Notes under the pieces: generated by a model | Database searches by the model: none | What the model saw: the letters and a program-made list of their open reading frames with translations, nothing else | Told to the model about the DNA's origin: nothing | In this document: positions 1 to 14,439 of the stretch, in pieces | How positions within the stretch are numbered: position 1 is the stretch's first letter | How the letters are laid out: the number at the start of each line of letters is the position of its first letter | Assembly: GCF_006345805.1 (NCBI RefSeq) | Contig: NC_043005.1 | Span: 68,324,001-68,388,000 of the forward strand | DNA length: 64,000 nucleotides | Reading direction: 5' to 3' | Source: Octopus sinensis | Taxonomy: Eukaryota | Made by a program: the position numbers and the translations under genes

Positions 1-510
1 CACTATACTTAACAAAAGGCCAAATGTATTACATACAAACAGAGAATAATAACGTAATTTAGCGATTAAGATGTGTGATAATTTGTGAGAAGTTTGTTGT
101 GCTGAGTACAGCAGTAAATGAGTATAAGGAAATGATTTGTTGCAGGAGTCGAACAGAGATACAGTTTAGGAGGGTGTCAACGATTATTTTTCGATCCAAG
201 CTGTAGATAAACTCGATACGGATTCTCTACTTTTTAAATAATAGAAATTGTGAGCTTCATGCTTTTCCCTAAAAGTATTGACAGTATGTATAAATAAATT
301 GCCTTCCATCATGAATTAAAACTGTTCTTCTAGTCTGTGTTGGATAAAGATTCACTGTTTATTTAAAGGAAGCAGTACAAAGCCTGTAATAAAAAGAAAT
401 AATGATTGCAATTTGGAAGCCCTTAATGATATTGATTGGAAGTGTGAAGCATTTAATACTACTCCATCAACGTAGAGGGAAGCATCTGGTAAGGCAAGAC
501 CACAATGTAG

Positions 511-817
511 TTGTTGTTTGTTCCTTCTCGAGTCATGCCTGGCTCATAAGGGCCGGTTTCTCGGTTTCCTTGGCGTATAGGTTCCCCACCTAGACGGCAC
601 GCCGGTCCGTCGCAGGTGAGCTGCAAGATGCAGGAGGAAAGAGTGAGAGAAAGTTGTGGCGAAAGAGTCAGCAGAAGTTCGCCATTACCTTCTGCCGGAG
701 TCGCGTGGAGCTTAGGTGTTTCGCTCATAAACACATACATCGCCCGGTCTGAGATTCGAACCCGCGATTCCTCGACCGCGAGTCCGCTGCTCTAACCACT
801 TGGCCATGTGCCTTTAC
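511..817 (-). mobile_element. tRNA-headed SINE (family C, tail variant 1), full length, with 12-bp TSD
   Basis: Minus strand begins GGCACATGGCCAAGTGGTTAGAGCAGCGG...GGGTTCGAATCTC (A and B boxes) and ends in an (AAC)n-like tail. ACCACAATGTAG flanks it at 499-510 and 818-829. Confidence 0.85.
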
Positions 818-1714
818 ACCACAATGTAGCTGGCACCATTGGTTTGAACCTTTCATTGAACAAATCTCCTTTAAGGCCGTTTGATATATGCATAGCTATG
901 ACTTTTCCCATTTGCCGTTCTATTAACACAGCTCAGTGATGTCAAGTAAAAAAAGCAAAAGCAAAAACAAAAACAAAAAAAGACAAAGACAAAAATGTTT
1001 ATGCTTACTGGATTCTTTTAGATTAGAGACTGGTTTCTGCTTTGTTAAGGACAGTTAACTTAATCGTCTGAAGCGACCCGTTATATTGTTAGTAATTGCT
1101 ATAATGCCAGAAGAGAGATGGAAGGTAAGGCCAAACTTAGTACAATATGATGTCAGAATGTAATCAAGGGACGGTAGAGACGGTTAACAAGCTGCTATTT
1201 TTGACTGAGTGTAAATGATGAATATTTTAGTGGTAAAGGTGAAAAGAAATTTGGGTGATACGAGCCGAAACAAATACCACAATGCATATAGTCCGACGCT
1301 CTGAGGATTAATCTATCTAATCCACTGCATTTAATTGGTTCTATTTTCGGCACAAGGCTAATACTTTTGAGGGAATATTAATTAGAAAAAATTGAAATTA
1401 TTAATGATAATTATATTTGCAACCATTCAAACTACGATCGTCAAGGAGATGGTTCTAACCAGAAATATGCTGTGAGGATGGATAACCCTGAATATTTGTG
1501 TTGTGTTTTACTTCGAATTCAAATAATATCCTGTTTTAATTATTGCGCGATTTTTACATTGTTTCATGTAAATTTTATAAAATTTTAATCAGACAATTCT
1601 AGAAACGTCTTCACCTTTCTACTCGGTTTCTCCAGCTCCAATCTTACGGTAGCCTCCAATGTTTCGAACGTCCATTGTTTTATGCATGTCGCGCTTTCTA
1701 CTTAATAGAGAATC

Positions 1715-1717
1715 ATT

Positions 1718-1790
<73 letters not shown>

Positions 1791-1812
1791 ATTGTTGTTG
1801 TTGCTGTTGTTC
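1715..1812. repeat. Compound trinucleotide microsatellite (TAC)n(TGC)n(TTG)n
   Basis: Directly visible; explains the poly-T/A/L ORFs at 1659-1872. Confidence 0.95.
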
Positions 1813-1974
1813 TTGTTGGTAATGTTATTTTTCTTGTTAAATCCTAATAGTAATAACAGCTATAAAATATAGAATATTTAATATTCTTTATTCCTTTTCA
1901 GTAATTTGAAATTGAATTTTTAATCAAACACATTGTTATTCGTCAACAATTGTCTCCTTCTTCCACTTATTCAT

Positions 1975-2026
1975 ATACGTGTGTGTATGTGTGTGTGTAT
2001 ATATTTATATACATACACACATATAT

Positions 2027-2094
<68 letters not shown>

Positions 2095-2530
2095 ATTTAC
2101 AGATATGTTATATTTGTTTACATATTAACTATATATATATGTATGATATGTATGTATGTATATTTACATATGTTATATTTATTTACATATTTACATATAT
2201 ATATAAATATATATATATATACATACATACATACATACATACATACACACACACAAAAATATATATGCACACACTTATACCCACATACATGAAAAATCTT
2301 ACATACATAATTGCATACAAATATATATATATTTGTATGTGTACGCGCGCGTGTTTGTCTTGGAGGGTTGTGTGTGTGTGCGCGTGTGCATACGTGTGTT
2401 TGTCTTGAAGTGTCTATGTGTATGAGTGTATGTGTGAGTGTATGGGTATGTGTGTGTATGACAGTGTGTGTGCGTGCATGCGTGTGTTTGTGCAGGAGTA
2501 TGTATGTGTGCATGCGTGTGTGTGTGTGTA
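1975..2530. repeat. Compound (TA)n/(TATG)n/(TACA)n/(TG)n microsatellite tract
   Basis: Directly visible; similar tracts recur throughout the window (e.g. 5520-5850, 7840-8160, 17220-17640, 44770-45400). Confidence 0.95.
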
Positions 2531-2854
2531 TATGTGTGTTTACGCCCACTCTTAACAGAAATACCATTTCCAAAGATATAACAATACCAGCAAAAACGGT
2601 AACACGAAAATACATTTCAATAATAAAACAATAAACACACGAAGACGCAACCCGAAAATTATACACAGCGAGTAAATAAACTTAGAATGTAAAATAACAA
2701 TAATACACAACAATTAATTGAAATGTTAAATTGCTCTGAGTTATTCGAAGAAAACCTGATTAGACATTACACTCAGATATTTAAAAAGGTTTCGGTATTA
2801 ATGATATTAGGTGAAATAGCAGCAGAGCTGAACTCGTGCCGTTATTATTATTAC

Positions 2855-2933
<79 letters not shown>

Positions 2934-3109
2934 GGGGGTGGGGTGGGGTTATATTTTAAAGTTTTGTAATATGTGTTACAGTATCTTTTAATCGAATAAG
3001 GCTCGTGGAATATCGAAGGTTATTCTCGCGCCTGTTTTTCGGTTGTTTAAACTATTTGTTGTTTTTTTGTTGTTTTATTTTGAAATCTCTCTTTCTATCT
3101 TTCATCGAC

Positions 3110-3227
3110 GAAAAAGGATGATGATGATGATGATGGTGGTGGTGATGTTGATGATGATGATGATGATGATTGATGAAGATGATGATGATGATGAAGATGA
3201 TGGTGATGACGACGATGATGATGATGG

Positions 3228-3261
<34 letters not shown>

Positions 3262-3375
3262 GATGAAGATGATAGTGATGAGGATGATGATGATGACGAC
3301 GATGATGATGATGAAGATGATGATGACAACGATGATGATGATGAAGATGATAGTGATGAGGATGATGATGATGAC

Positions 3376-3411
<36 letters not shown>

Positions 3412-3826
3412 GATGAAGATGATAGTGATGAGGATGATGATAATGACGATGATGATGATGATGATAGTGGTGGTGGTGGTGGTGGTGGTGGTGGTGGGGT
3501 TGATGATAATGATGATGTTGACAACGACGATGACGAATACAGCAACGACGACAACGATGGTGATGGCGATGATGATGATGATGGCGATGATGATGGTATC
3601 GATGCTGAGGAAGATAATGTTGAAGATAATTGTGATGACGCCGACGATGACGATGATAGTGACAATGACGGTGATGATGATCACAATGACAAACATGACG
3701 ACGATGATTACTACATCGACAGACATGATATTGATGGCGATAGGCAGAAAGATTGCGATAGTGGGGATGCTATTGAAGGTAGTAGTGGTGGCAGTGGTGG
3801 TGGTTGTTGACACTAAAATCACCACC

Positions 3827-3857
<31 letters not shown>

Positions 3858-4180
3858 TGCTACTACTACTACTGCTGCTGCTGCTACTGCCGCCGCCACC
3901 ACCACCACCACCACCACCACCACCACCACTACTACTACTACTCCTCCTCCTACTACTACTGTTGATCACAGTGATAGTTAAAATAATGCTGTTGTTGATG
4001 ACGATGGAGATGACCCCCAACATTAGTGATAGAGATGATGTTGTAAAAGTGAAAATGGAGACAATAATGGTAGCAGTGGCGGCGGCGACGGTGGTGGTGG
4101 TGGTAGTGATGATGATGATGATGAGGAGGAGGAGGAGGAGGATGAAGATAGCGGTGTTGTTATATGATAATGATAATGAA
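3110..4180. repeat. Large compound trinucleotide tract (GAT/GAC/GGT/CAC/TAC/GAG)n
   Basis: Directly visible; produces the poly-D, poly-M, poly-S and poly-I ORFs in four frames. Confidence 0.95.
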
Positions 4181-4617
4181 TAGGAAAATGCCGAATAATA
4201 GAAACTGTAACATTATGCAATGTGAAATATGGCTGCCAAACAACAACTTTGCAGAAATGAGAAGCGAAGGAAATAATTAACTGAACTTTTGTGTCACCAA
4301 CTCCTCAGGCACATCAACCTACGCCACTTATTTGGTATCCTCCACCACTCATCAACATCATCATCCATCCCATCATCGTTGTCGTCGTCGTCCTCTTCTT
4401 CCTCTTCTTCCTCTTCTTCCTCTTCGTCGTCGTCCTCTTCTTCTCATGATCATCACCTCACCATTATCCTCATAAAGAGCTACAATAAACCGGTTTTAGA
4501 TGAAATGCAATGTTAAATTAATCGAAAATGAAAATTAACAATCACACACATATACACATACACATACATGCACGTACCTACATACATGCACAGACACACA
4601 GACACACAGACACACAG

Positions 4618-4675
<58 letters not shown>

Positions 4676-4699
4676 TTTATATATATATATATACATTCA

Positions 4700-4895
4700 T
4701 ACATGTGACCTCGTGTGTACCGTTGGGGATTTTGTTCTTCTGTCTTCCCTTTTCTGGATCTTTCCTTCTCCTATGTTTCCGACGAAGAGCTCCGCTCGAA
4801 ACGTTAAACCCTCATTCTTTCCTTCTTTCTGAGCATCCAATAATACTATATTGTTACACGTCCTCGCGTTGTTGTGTTTTTGTCCTTTCTTGTTT
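4700..4895 (+). mobile_element. Penelope-like pseudo-LTR fragment with a minimal type-I hammerhead-like motif (4775-4809)
   Basis: GTTT-CCGACGA-A-GAGC-TCC-GCTC-GAAA-CGTT-AAAC: 4-bp stem I, core CCGACGA (canonical CUGANGA), 4-bp stem II, GAAA, palindromic ACGT. Flanked by (TA)n on both sides. Confidence 0.6.
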
Positions 4896-4899
4896 GGAT

Positions 4900-4980
<81 letters not shown>

Positions 4981-5534
4981 GGAAAGAGGTTTGAGAATGC
5001 AGCGGTATTCTAAAGATGCTTATTAACTTCACCGGTTTCACTTATTTAAAAAAAAAGATTATCAAAAGTAAAATGTAAGGCTTTGATTTAGCTTTGTTGT
5101 ATTAAAAAGATGGGTATCATAATTGTGTTAAAATACAGTTATAGAGTCTTTGATAATGATAAGAAAATGTTAAAAAATAGAATCCTTGACAATGGTAAGA
5201 AAATGTTTGTTTAAAAAGTTTACATGAAAGTGTTCAAAATAGGTAGTAAAATAAATTTATGATTATTTTAAGTTCATCAAAATCATGGTTGTATAGAAGC
5301 ATATATACAGAATGAATCATATTTAAGTATTTATACAGAATTTTAGGGGAATGACCAATCTTACCATCCATCATCTCCTGTCTTGTAGTGTGTATATAGA
5401 GTCTTATTTAAAAAAAGTGAAACCGGTCAAGTCAATAAACACCTTTAAAGGACCTCTGCATTCTCAAACCCTCTTTCCTATATATTTTCACTCGTGAAAT
5501 ATCTTGCAAGTTTACTTTGTTATACATACATACA

Positions 5535-5566
<32 letters not shown>

Positions 5567-5643
5567 CATGTACATACATATACATATACATACATATACA
5601 TATACATCTATCTTTATATATATATATATGTATATACATATAT

Positions 5644-5674
<31 letters not shown>

Positions 5675-5678
5675 GTAT

Positions 5679-5760
<82 letters not shown>

Positions 5761-5775
5761 ACATACATACTATAT

Positions 5776-5851
<76 letters not shown>

Positions 5852-6233
5852 AGAGTAAATAATAGCTTTAATGGTTTTAAAAAAAGACAACAATTATTTA
5901 CTGGTAGATTTCGGCATGTAAATATAACCATTAACGGTAGGAACTTCTATAAAAGTTCAATACGGACATGGAATTCATATTTTATTATATTCCTAATCCA
6001 GAAACGCGTTCGTAAATAACCGTTAGACTTTGTTTTCCTTATTTCTTCCTTCTGCTTTGCATATGTGAATTACAGGGATATGTCGTATGTGGAGTCTTAT
6101 TTGTAGAAAATAGAAATAAACAGTCTTTGACTGCTATTTCTAATACTTTCGGTATGTGGCTAAGCAACCTGTTGCCTGCCTTTTTTATTAATATATATAT
6201 ATATATATTCTATATATATATATATTATATATA

Positions 6234-6265
<32 letters not shown>

Positions 6266-6273
6266 GATATATG

Positions 6274-6305
<32 letters not shown>

Positions 6306-6522
6306 GGTATATATATATAATATATTATATATATATATACTATATATATATATATATATATATTACGCCATATGTGAACAAACTTAAGTTTGTTTTTGAA
6401 GCGCTGAAATGTATTATGGTATTAGTAGAAATATATATTTTTCAACGCATAAAATACTAATATAACAGTATATATAGGATAATATCCCTTACAGAGCAGA
6501 AAAATCTGTCAGCAACTAACAG

Positions 6523-6850
6523 TGACAAAGATCCCAGCAATGCCGCCGCGCTTCAGGACCAGTTACTGCAACAACCTGGGTTTCAGAGACCCACAACTTT
6601 TTTATATTTCCCCCCAAAGAGTCTGAGGGACCTACACAAAGTGGATGTAGGTGTTTTCAAATCAAAACTGGATGTCTTCCTGTCGAGAGTCCCAGATGAA
6701 CTTAACTCGCGGCAGGAGGTGCAAATGAGGGCGGCCTCATAGAACTCCCTTATTCACCAAATTCCACATCCCAGAGGAGGCACGCGATAATAACAGTGTA
6801 GCAAAGCGTCGGTGCCCCAGCATGGTCACAGCTTCGAGCTGAAACTGATA
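6523..6850 (+). mobile_element. 3' end of a CR1/L2-group LINE, 5'-truncated and degenerate
   Basis: Similar to 47398-47781 and to the reverse complement of 34534-34900 (CTGGATGTCTTCCTGTC...CCAGATGAAC...GGTGCCCCAGCATGGTCACAGCTTCGAGCTGAAAC). Confidence 0.8.
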
Positions 6851-6919
6851 ATATATATGTATAAATAATTAGGAGAGTATTGTAGTTCGCTTGAAGCATT
6901 GTATATTGTTTATAAAGAA

Positions 6920-7166
6920 TAAAAAGTTTTTAATGGTATAACAATGCACTATAATACAAACAATGGGTTATATACCTGTTGTAATTTAGTCATCCATAGT
7001 CTGATAATATTTCGGAATAGAATTCCTTCTTCGGATATTTTAAAATTGAGTCGTTGCTATAATCAGTTTTCCAACTGATTACAGCAGCGACTCAATCTAA
7101 ATTACGACAGATGTATAGCCCATTGTTTGTATTATAGTGCATTGCTGTACCATTCAAAACTTTTTA
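6920..7166. repeat. Inverted repeat (about 70-bp arms) enclosing a minus-strand hammerhead-like motif and a 50-bp hairpin
   Basis: Arms at 6920-6989 and 7097-7166. Minus-strand CCGAAGA-A-GGAAT-TCT-ATTCC-GAAA-TATT at 7006-7034. Hairpin TTGAGTCGTTGCTATAATCAGTT/AACTGATTACAGCAGCGACTCAA at 7046-7095. Confidence 0.8.
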
Positions 7167-7568
7167 GTCTATATTAATAATTGTTTTCTTTTTTGGAAAC
7201 GGCTTAACTCAAGGTAGACTAGATTATAAGATTTGGGCATTTTCTATTCAAAGTGTTTTAAGCAAAATATTTATACGTTATTTACAGCTTTATCTGTTTT
7301 CAGTTAAACTGTTTCAAATCAGAAGTATTTCATGTTCTCTCGAAGATTCTAGACTCTTATGACATCAGCATAATATATATATATATATATGTATATGTAT
7401 ATATATATGTACACATACATACACATTTTATGAGAAAAACTTGCGTTATATTTCTGAAAGGTGTTAATTTTGATAGATCTCTAGTTTAGTTTCCCTGTCT
7501 GGTTTACTATGCACATAATAGTTGAGGGTTTCAAGGTGATAAAGTTTGGGAAAATATATGTGTACCGA

Positions 7569-7674
<106 letters not shown>

Positions 7675-7932
7675 ATCTACTACTATCAGTCTGTCTGTCT
7701 GTATGTCTGTCTGTCTAAACTTTTTTGTTCATACGTTTTCAATAGTTCTGACGATCACGTGTACTTGTGTAATTTTCTGAAGTCTAATACTTATACTACA
7801 ACTGTTTTTATAAACCCTTTCACAGACACATGTACACACTCTCAGCACACACACACACACACACACCACACCTATATATATATTATATATATATATATAT
7901 GCACACACAAACACACACACATACACACAGAC

Positions 7933-8003
<71 letters not shown>

Positions 8004-8006
8004 GAT

Positions 8007-8043
<37 letters not shown>

Positions 8044-8089
8044 TACATATATATATATATATTATATATATATATATATAATATATATC

Positions 8090-8154
<65 letters not shown>

Positions 8155-8258
8155 TATATTTGTTTCTCTGGAAGATTACAAAAGATAATTTTGCAAGTCA
8201 CAGATAGTGAGGGCATAATAACAGCAACAACAACAACACCACCGACAACAACAACAAC

Positions 8259-8290
<32 letters not shown>

Positions 8291-8468
8291 AGAAGAAGAA
8301 GAAGAAGAAGAAGAAGAAGAAGAAGAAGAAGAAGACGAAGTACAACAGCTACAACAACAACAACTTAGAAATGAAAGTGATAACGATGTCTTCAACAATA
8401 ATTGAACCACGCAGCGAGTGTTTACGGCATAAATGTATTATCAGTTTCGCCTAAAAGACTTGGCAGTT

Positions 8469-8532
<64 letters not shown>

Positions 8533-9488
8533 CCTTTCTCTCTCTCCCTTTCCTTCTGAACAAGTGAAACTGTACATATCTATTTGTAGTACTAAGTTGT
8601 CCTCTCACGTCTCATGAAGAGATCGATAACTTCGCTTGTTAGATGTTTACTCGGATTTTACTTGTTTTTTTTTTTCATCATTTAGATTTCTTTTACTTTC
8701 ATAAACTAACGTGTCTACTTTCTTTGTACATATATTTGTATCTCGTGATTTCTAACATAGGTACAATGGCACACACTTTTGGGATGGTACAGACCATTAT
8801 AGCGATCAAACTACATCAGTGGAGTTTATCTCACAGAGCCTCAAATGATGTAAAGAAAAACCCAACTCCGGTAGGATTTGAACATAAGTAAAAAGACATC
8901 AAAGTGATTTCCTTTTCCTTTTCATGTTGTTCAAATGACGCACTTTTCTCTGACCGACGCTTCATCGAGTTTACCGTTCTTGTATCTAATGATTTCTGAT
9001 ATAGACACAGAGTCTCAAATTTAGGGTAACGAGTATAGTCGTTTACGTCGACCCTCTACTTAACTGTTATTTTTCGATCATGTTAGAGACGAAAAGCAAA
9101 CCTGAGCCTGATAGTACCAGATCAATGAATGTAAAGGAATATAACTTAATCCACAAGGTCTTTCCCGGATGGTTGTTCTGTTCTATCATTCTAAGAAGAT
9201 GGATTACTTTAATGATAGTTCACTTGGAGGATGGTTATGTTGGCTTAAATGATGGAAAAGTATTAGTCTTCATCAAATTTGTAATGTAAATCAGTCTACG
9301 ACGAATACCAACAGTGTCATCGCAAAAGACATCTGTGAATAAGGAAGAAACTAGACACAGGCAACGGTTCACATAGCCTGGTCAATCATGAACGATAAAG
9401 AATTAAGGCCAGAAATTAATGTTACAGCAACGCTTTCTAATTCTCATTTGAGAGTTGAGGTCTCAAGACAAATAACAAAATAAATAAT

Positions 9489-9514
9489 TAACTAACTAAC
9501 TAACTAACTGAATG

Positions 9515-9567
<53 letters not shown>

Positions 9568-9677
9568 TTAGCCAATCAACCAACCAACCAACCAACTAAC
9601 TAACTAACTAACCAATTAGCCAATCAACCAACTAACTAACCAATTAGCCAATCAACCAACTAACTAACAAGCCAATC

Positions 9678-9744
<67 letters not shown>

Positions 9745-9765
9745 CAATTAGCTAATCAACCAACC

Positions 9766-9819
<54 letters not shown>
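9489..9819. repeat. (TAAC)n tetranucleotide array with recurring CAATTAGCCAATCAAC interruptions
   Basis: Directly visible. Confidence 0.95.
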
Positions 9820-10289
9820 ATACATAACAAGGAAGTTGTAGGAAAAACTCGACACAGATGTAAAGGGAGGTGACATCAAATATAACGGTGGTAGCGGTGA
9901 ATAAACACCAAATTTTGGAAAATTTTCAAAGTATAAAAACAAATTAAAAAAAATAATAAAATTGAGAAAAAAAATTAACTGACTCAGTTAAATACAGACA
10001 TAAATTTCAAAAGACATATTGCAGACAAAAAGAAAATAACTAAAGCAGCATTACTAACAATATCATCATATCCCTCTCTAGGGTTTCAAGCCAAAAGGAT
10101 ATATTAGATATCGGGCGACTCTAACTAAAGAAAATGGACATCACAAAGCTTTATGCTTTCTTTTCCGAAAAATTTATCCAGGAATACACTAGGTGAAATG
10201 CATTATAATTCTGCTTTTCGAAAAGTGAAGGATATATAAGTACTTTAAATCTGTGTTTGATATATGGCTGAGGATACCCTCCTTTGATT

Positions 10290-11780
10290 TGGGCAGTATA
10301 CTTCAAGTTATGCGCCTAGTATTTCTCAGCATCAGAGCTGAAAACACCCCCGAAAGGTGGGGGGGGACGTCAAATCGGTAGAGGAGTTGGGGCCGAAACC
10401 GGACGTGGTTCCTCCTGATGATGTCTTGAGCTAACTGGATCCTATAAAGGAGCTCTTGTGGTGGCCGACCACGAAACATGGTTGAAATTCCTTCTTTAAG
10501 GTATGTGCCTAGTAGTTCACATCGATGATAAGGCAAAGAGTTAGGTGGAAAAGTGCACCGGCCACCTGCCCAGAGGATAGTGCTGCAGTACATGAGAGAA
10601 AAATGTAATTGTCAGTCAGAGATTTAAATTTTGTCGGTGGTTCTTGACTTGGTTAGTGACATTTTCAGTGCAGTACGAAGAGCTAAAGGCCGCGTAGATG
10701 AGAACAATATTTGCTCAGGTTGGATTTGTTGAGATTTCTACGTCTTGGTGAATCAAGAAAGTTGCAAGGCTATTCCAGAAATGTACGCTATCAATTTAAT
10801 GAGAAGGAGGTCGATCAGATCGGTAATGCAGGACAATAAGTTCAGTTTCTATACGTGACATAATAGAGGCCACTAAAGTACCTTCTATTTTGAAGGTGAA
10901 AAGAAAAAAAGGGAAAAAAAAGAGTGCTACAGACAACAGTAAATACTGCAAAATCAAGCCCTGAGGTAAAGAACAAAATGTTCTGTTTTCCCGTGCACCC
11001 CCAACTGCAGCCGCGTAAATAGACTGAACGAATACAAACGAAATAGCATTTTACTCAATGACACAAGAACTTGAGGCCAACAACCAGATTGGACACCAAA
11101 AATCTTAGAAGTCTCGCCTTCCAACTTAGGGACGTTTAGTGTGACGAGAATCATTACCAACCCAGCCTTGAAAGTGGTAAAAAGTGGGCAACTTCTCTAA
11201 ATAAAAGACAAGATCTTAGAAATCTCCCATGAAACGGCATCCAACCCAAGCGAGTACTGCCTGTGATCAGTAGCCTAGCCGAGCATATTTTTCAAATGTG
11301 TTGGCTTTTTAAATGTTTTTAAACTCCTTATTGCCTTTATTGCGTGAGTTAAGTCTTCGAAGAACTTTTTGAAGTCTTCACTTTATTCTAATAAAGTCCC
11401 GGTGATTTGAACTATCAACCCAATCTCTTGTGATGAGTTGGTGAAATCGTTGACATGTAGCGGTGTGAGAACAAAACAAACCCTAATGTCATAATCTATT
11501 CTCTGATTCTGGATGATCCCATAGAGTTTCCTCTTTCCAATGCTCCAACTCCAGGAAATGTTACTTTTTTTCATTATGACAGTATGGCTGGAACATAAAA
11601 TTAAGAAATATAGAATGCGATCATATATATATGTAACTGTTCACTGAGAAAAAAGCCAAGCCCTGATCTTGTTGTCGTCCTTCCTTGAAACTGTTCGTTT
11701 GTCCAATTTTTCAGTGTCTGTTTCTCATGTGTTCAAAGTGTGATCATTGCTTAGTATAATTGCTCAGACTACGTGATAAC
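10290..11780 (-). mobile_element. Old RTE-clade (BovB-like) LINE remnant: AP-endonuclease domain and linker
   Basis: Minus frame reads NISWSWS...DIRVCFVL...LIVQITGTLLE*SEDFKKFFEDLTHAIKAIRS...FGVQSGCWPQ, matching by eye the RTE APE motifs YTFFWSG, GVGFAI, IISAYAPT..EDKFYEDL and WMHPRSGHWH. FGPNSS...FSSDAEK near 10350 resembles the RTE linker YGP.SSG..PLLSADG..LITDKE. Several stops and frameshifts. Confidence 0.6.
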
Positions 11781-13409
11781 CAACAACTGGCCAAGTATAT
11801 AACTCCAAGCACTTTCATTATCCCACTATATTTATTTAAGCGAATTATATATATATATTATATAAACGAATATCTATAGAGAGGCATTTTGTAGTTAGCA
11901 AACATGCTCAATCACGAAATTGCTTTTCTCATCTATTTTTACTGTCTCTTACTCGCTCTGTCTCATTTCGATTTTCTCTCTCACTCTCCAACTCTCACTT
12001 CGACCGCACTCTGAGAGCTGCAGCAGATTCCACTTTCGGATGCGCTTCAACAGAATTTCTGCGTAGGTGACAAGCTTCACGAGAAGTGACAAGCTTGAAG
12101 AGAAATTCTGTATTAGCAATCGAGAAAAACAAATAGATCTTTCACACGATAAGAGATTGTTCAACCAAAGGCAGAATGCTAACACAGCAGTATAAGTGCA
12201 CTTGGCTATTCTACAGATCGATTCAAATACAAACCTTTGCTGCTGTTCCTAGCATTCTCATCTCTTTCCTTTCCAAAGATTCTTGTTATAAACAAATATC
12301 GTACATCTGCATGTAATTTAACTATTACTTAAAGAGGGTTTATTGTTTATACTCTTTAAAATATACTTTGGTAAACAATAATATTTTGCCTTGTTTTATG
12401 CATTCACTTAACATTCGCATCCTTTTCTATTACTTATTATTCTCTGTTGAGATAGTTTTCTCGAATTCTAGTTTTCTCGAATTCACACAGGTATATATAT
12501 TCACATGTTACTTGATACTTTTCTCTTTTCTTATCTTCACTACTTTATAGACGGCTATATATAAACACAGATTACTTCTCCCTTTATCCTTCTCGCTTTT
12601 AGCTCTCGTAACTACACTTTTGTAATGCACTGATATTCTAAATATATAACTAATGAAATAGTTCATGTAATGTATGGGAAACGAAGCTGAGCGTGCATTT
12701 AGGCAATTCATTAGTCGGTAATTGGAAGTCAGGATCTTTATCTCAAATCTAGTTATCATTATATATTCTTGTCACACGCGTTAACTATCATAGATGTGTA
12801 TCCGATAAGTAATTCAATGGCGAAAAACATTGTCTGGTATGGACTTGCATGCGCGCGCGAACGCGTGTGTAGCAGAGCGATGATGAAGGAAGTTGCAATC
12901 AAACTAATCGTAAAAATGTCATAGAACGACACTTCTTTTGACAAGAAAACGGCATCTGTTACACTAGAATTAGAACCCTTTGAAGATCTGCTACTTACTT
13001 TCAGTCTAGGATATAGAGACAATGCCCAGATCGTTCTGGTTGCTCTGAGTTGAAATCCTCGAAAGACTTGCTAGTACTTACTTTTATCTTAGGTGTTGGT
13101 AACAGCAGTTTGACGGCTACGACTGCACAAGTGGTGCAAGTGGAACCTGTAGAGTAGAACACGCGACCATTTCAGCAGACTTTCGACCAGATGACAAAGA
13201 TGATAAATGAAACTTAAGTACAAACCTGTTGAATACGGGATATTCAACAGGTCCACACCAGTTTTGTGAAACACGTGTAATAAGTACTCTTCTTGAGTTA
13301 GGCTGTTGCCTACCAGATCTCTAAGATAATTGTGATGGTTTTCCAGAAGATGATGCAAGACTTCATTTCAGTCCATTTTGGCACAACCGTCAAGTGGATA
13401 AAAAACAGA

Positions 13410-13550
13410 TAGAAATTCCGCCGAGGTTGATTTTGCCTTTTATCCTTTCGGGGTCGATAAATTAAGTATCAGTTGTGTACTGGGGTCAATCTAATCGATT
13501 TGCCCCCTCTCCCAAAATTTCAGGCCTTGTGCCTAGAGTAGAAAAGGATA
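13410..13550 (+). mobile_element. SINE family B2, 5'-truncated
   Basis: AAATTCCGCCGAGGTTGATTTTGCCTTTTATCCTTTCGGGGTCGATAAATTAAGT followed by the B2 tail CAAAATTTCAGGCCTTGTGCCTAGAGTAGAAAAG. Confidence 0.85.
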
Positions 13551-14439
13551 AGAAATAGATAGGAATTGGATGGTTTACTCACGAAGAGCAAACACTATGT
13601 TGCATAGTCCAAAAACTGGTTGCGAGACTTTTGTAAAATTACACACAAAATGAAAAAATGAAACGGAAGAAAATGGTGAAAGATTTATCCCCTGCCCGAT
13701 TTCGTTGGCTCACTAATAAAATTATCCTTGTTTCTATTGTAAAAGCAAATGGAATTAGAAGATCGGTATTTCTAACTCGTATTAAGGATGCAGTTCTCTA
13801 TTTGGGACTGACATTTCGTGGTCATTGAATTTTCATGTTTCAGGTTTCCCAAGTACAAATGAAGGCAATTGTTTTGCGTTTACTAAGGAATCTGATACAA
13901 GTAGTACATTGCTGGAATGGTATATTTTACCGAGTGAGCGAGATGCAACTTATCTCCGCATTGACATACAACAGTGTCTGACCCATTTCTTACCAAATCT
14001 GATTTTATCGAAGACATTAGCTGAAGTCAAGGTGACTTAGTACTATTCTATAATGTATGCAATAGATTTGATCAATTATCTGTATCCTTGTAATATCTAA
14101 CAGTAACCACTGAACTAAGTGTATAAACGGAAGAAAATCTTTCATGCCTTTAAAACTTTATCTTCCAAATGCTTTAATTTTAGTGATTTTATTAAAAACT
14201 AAAATAAAGTTTGTTTAGTGTGTTTAAAATTACTTGTCATAAATATTTACTCGCACCTCCTAACCTTAGAACCTGGCTATGTTTCTGCCTAAATTCTTGG
14301 TTTTTCGAAACGATAACCTAATTGATCTGCTGGATACTCGATGGTAGACAAACGAAAAGTAAATACTCGAACGAGTAAATATTAGTTCGAGTCAATAGAA
14401 CAGAAAAATGATAGACTGTTTATAAAAATCAAACCAATA

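Noticed and set aside
3043-4183. Long ORFs of 187-337 aa (poly-D, poly-M, poly-S, poly-I)
   Set aside because: Translations of a compound trinucleotide tract that is open in several frames on both strands.
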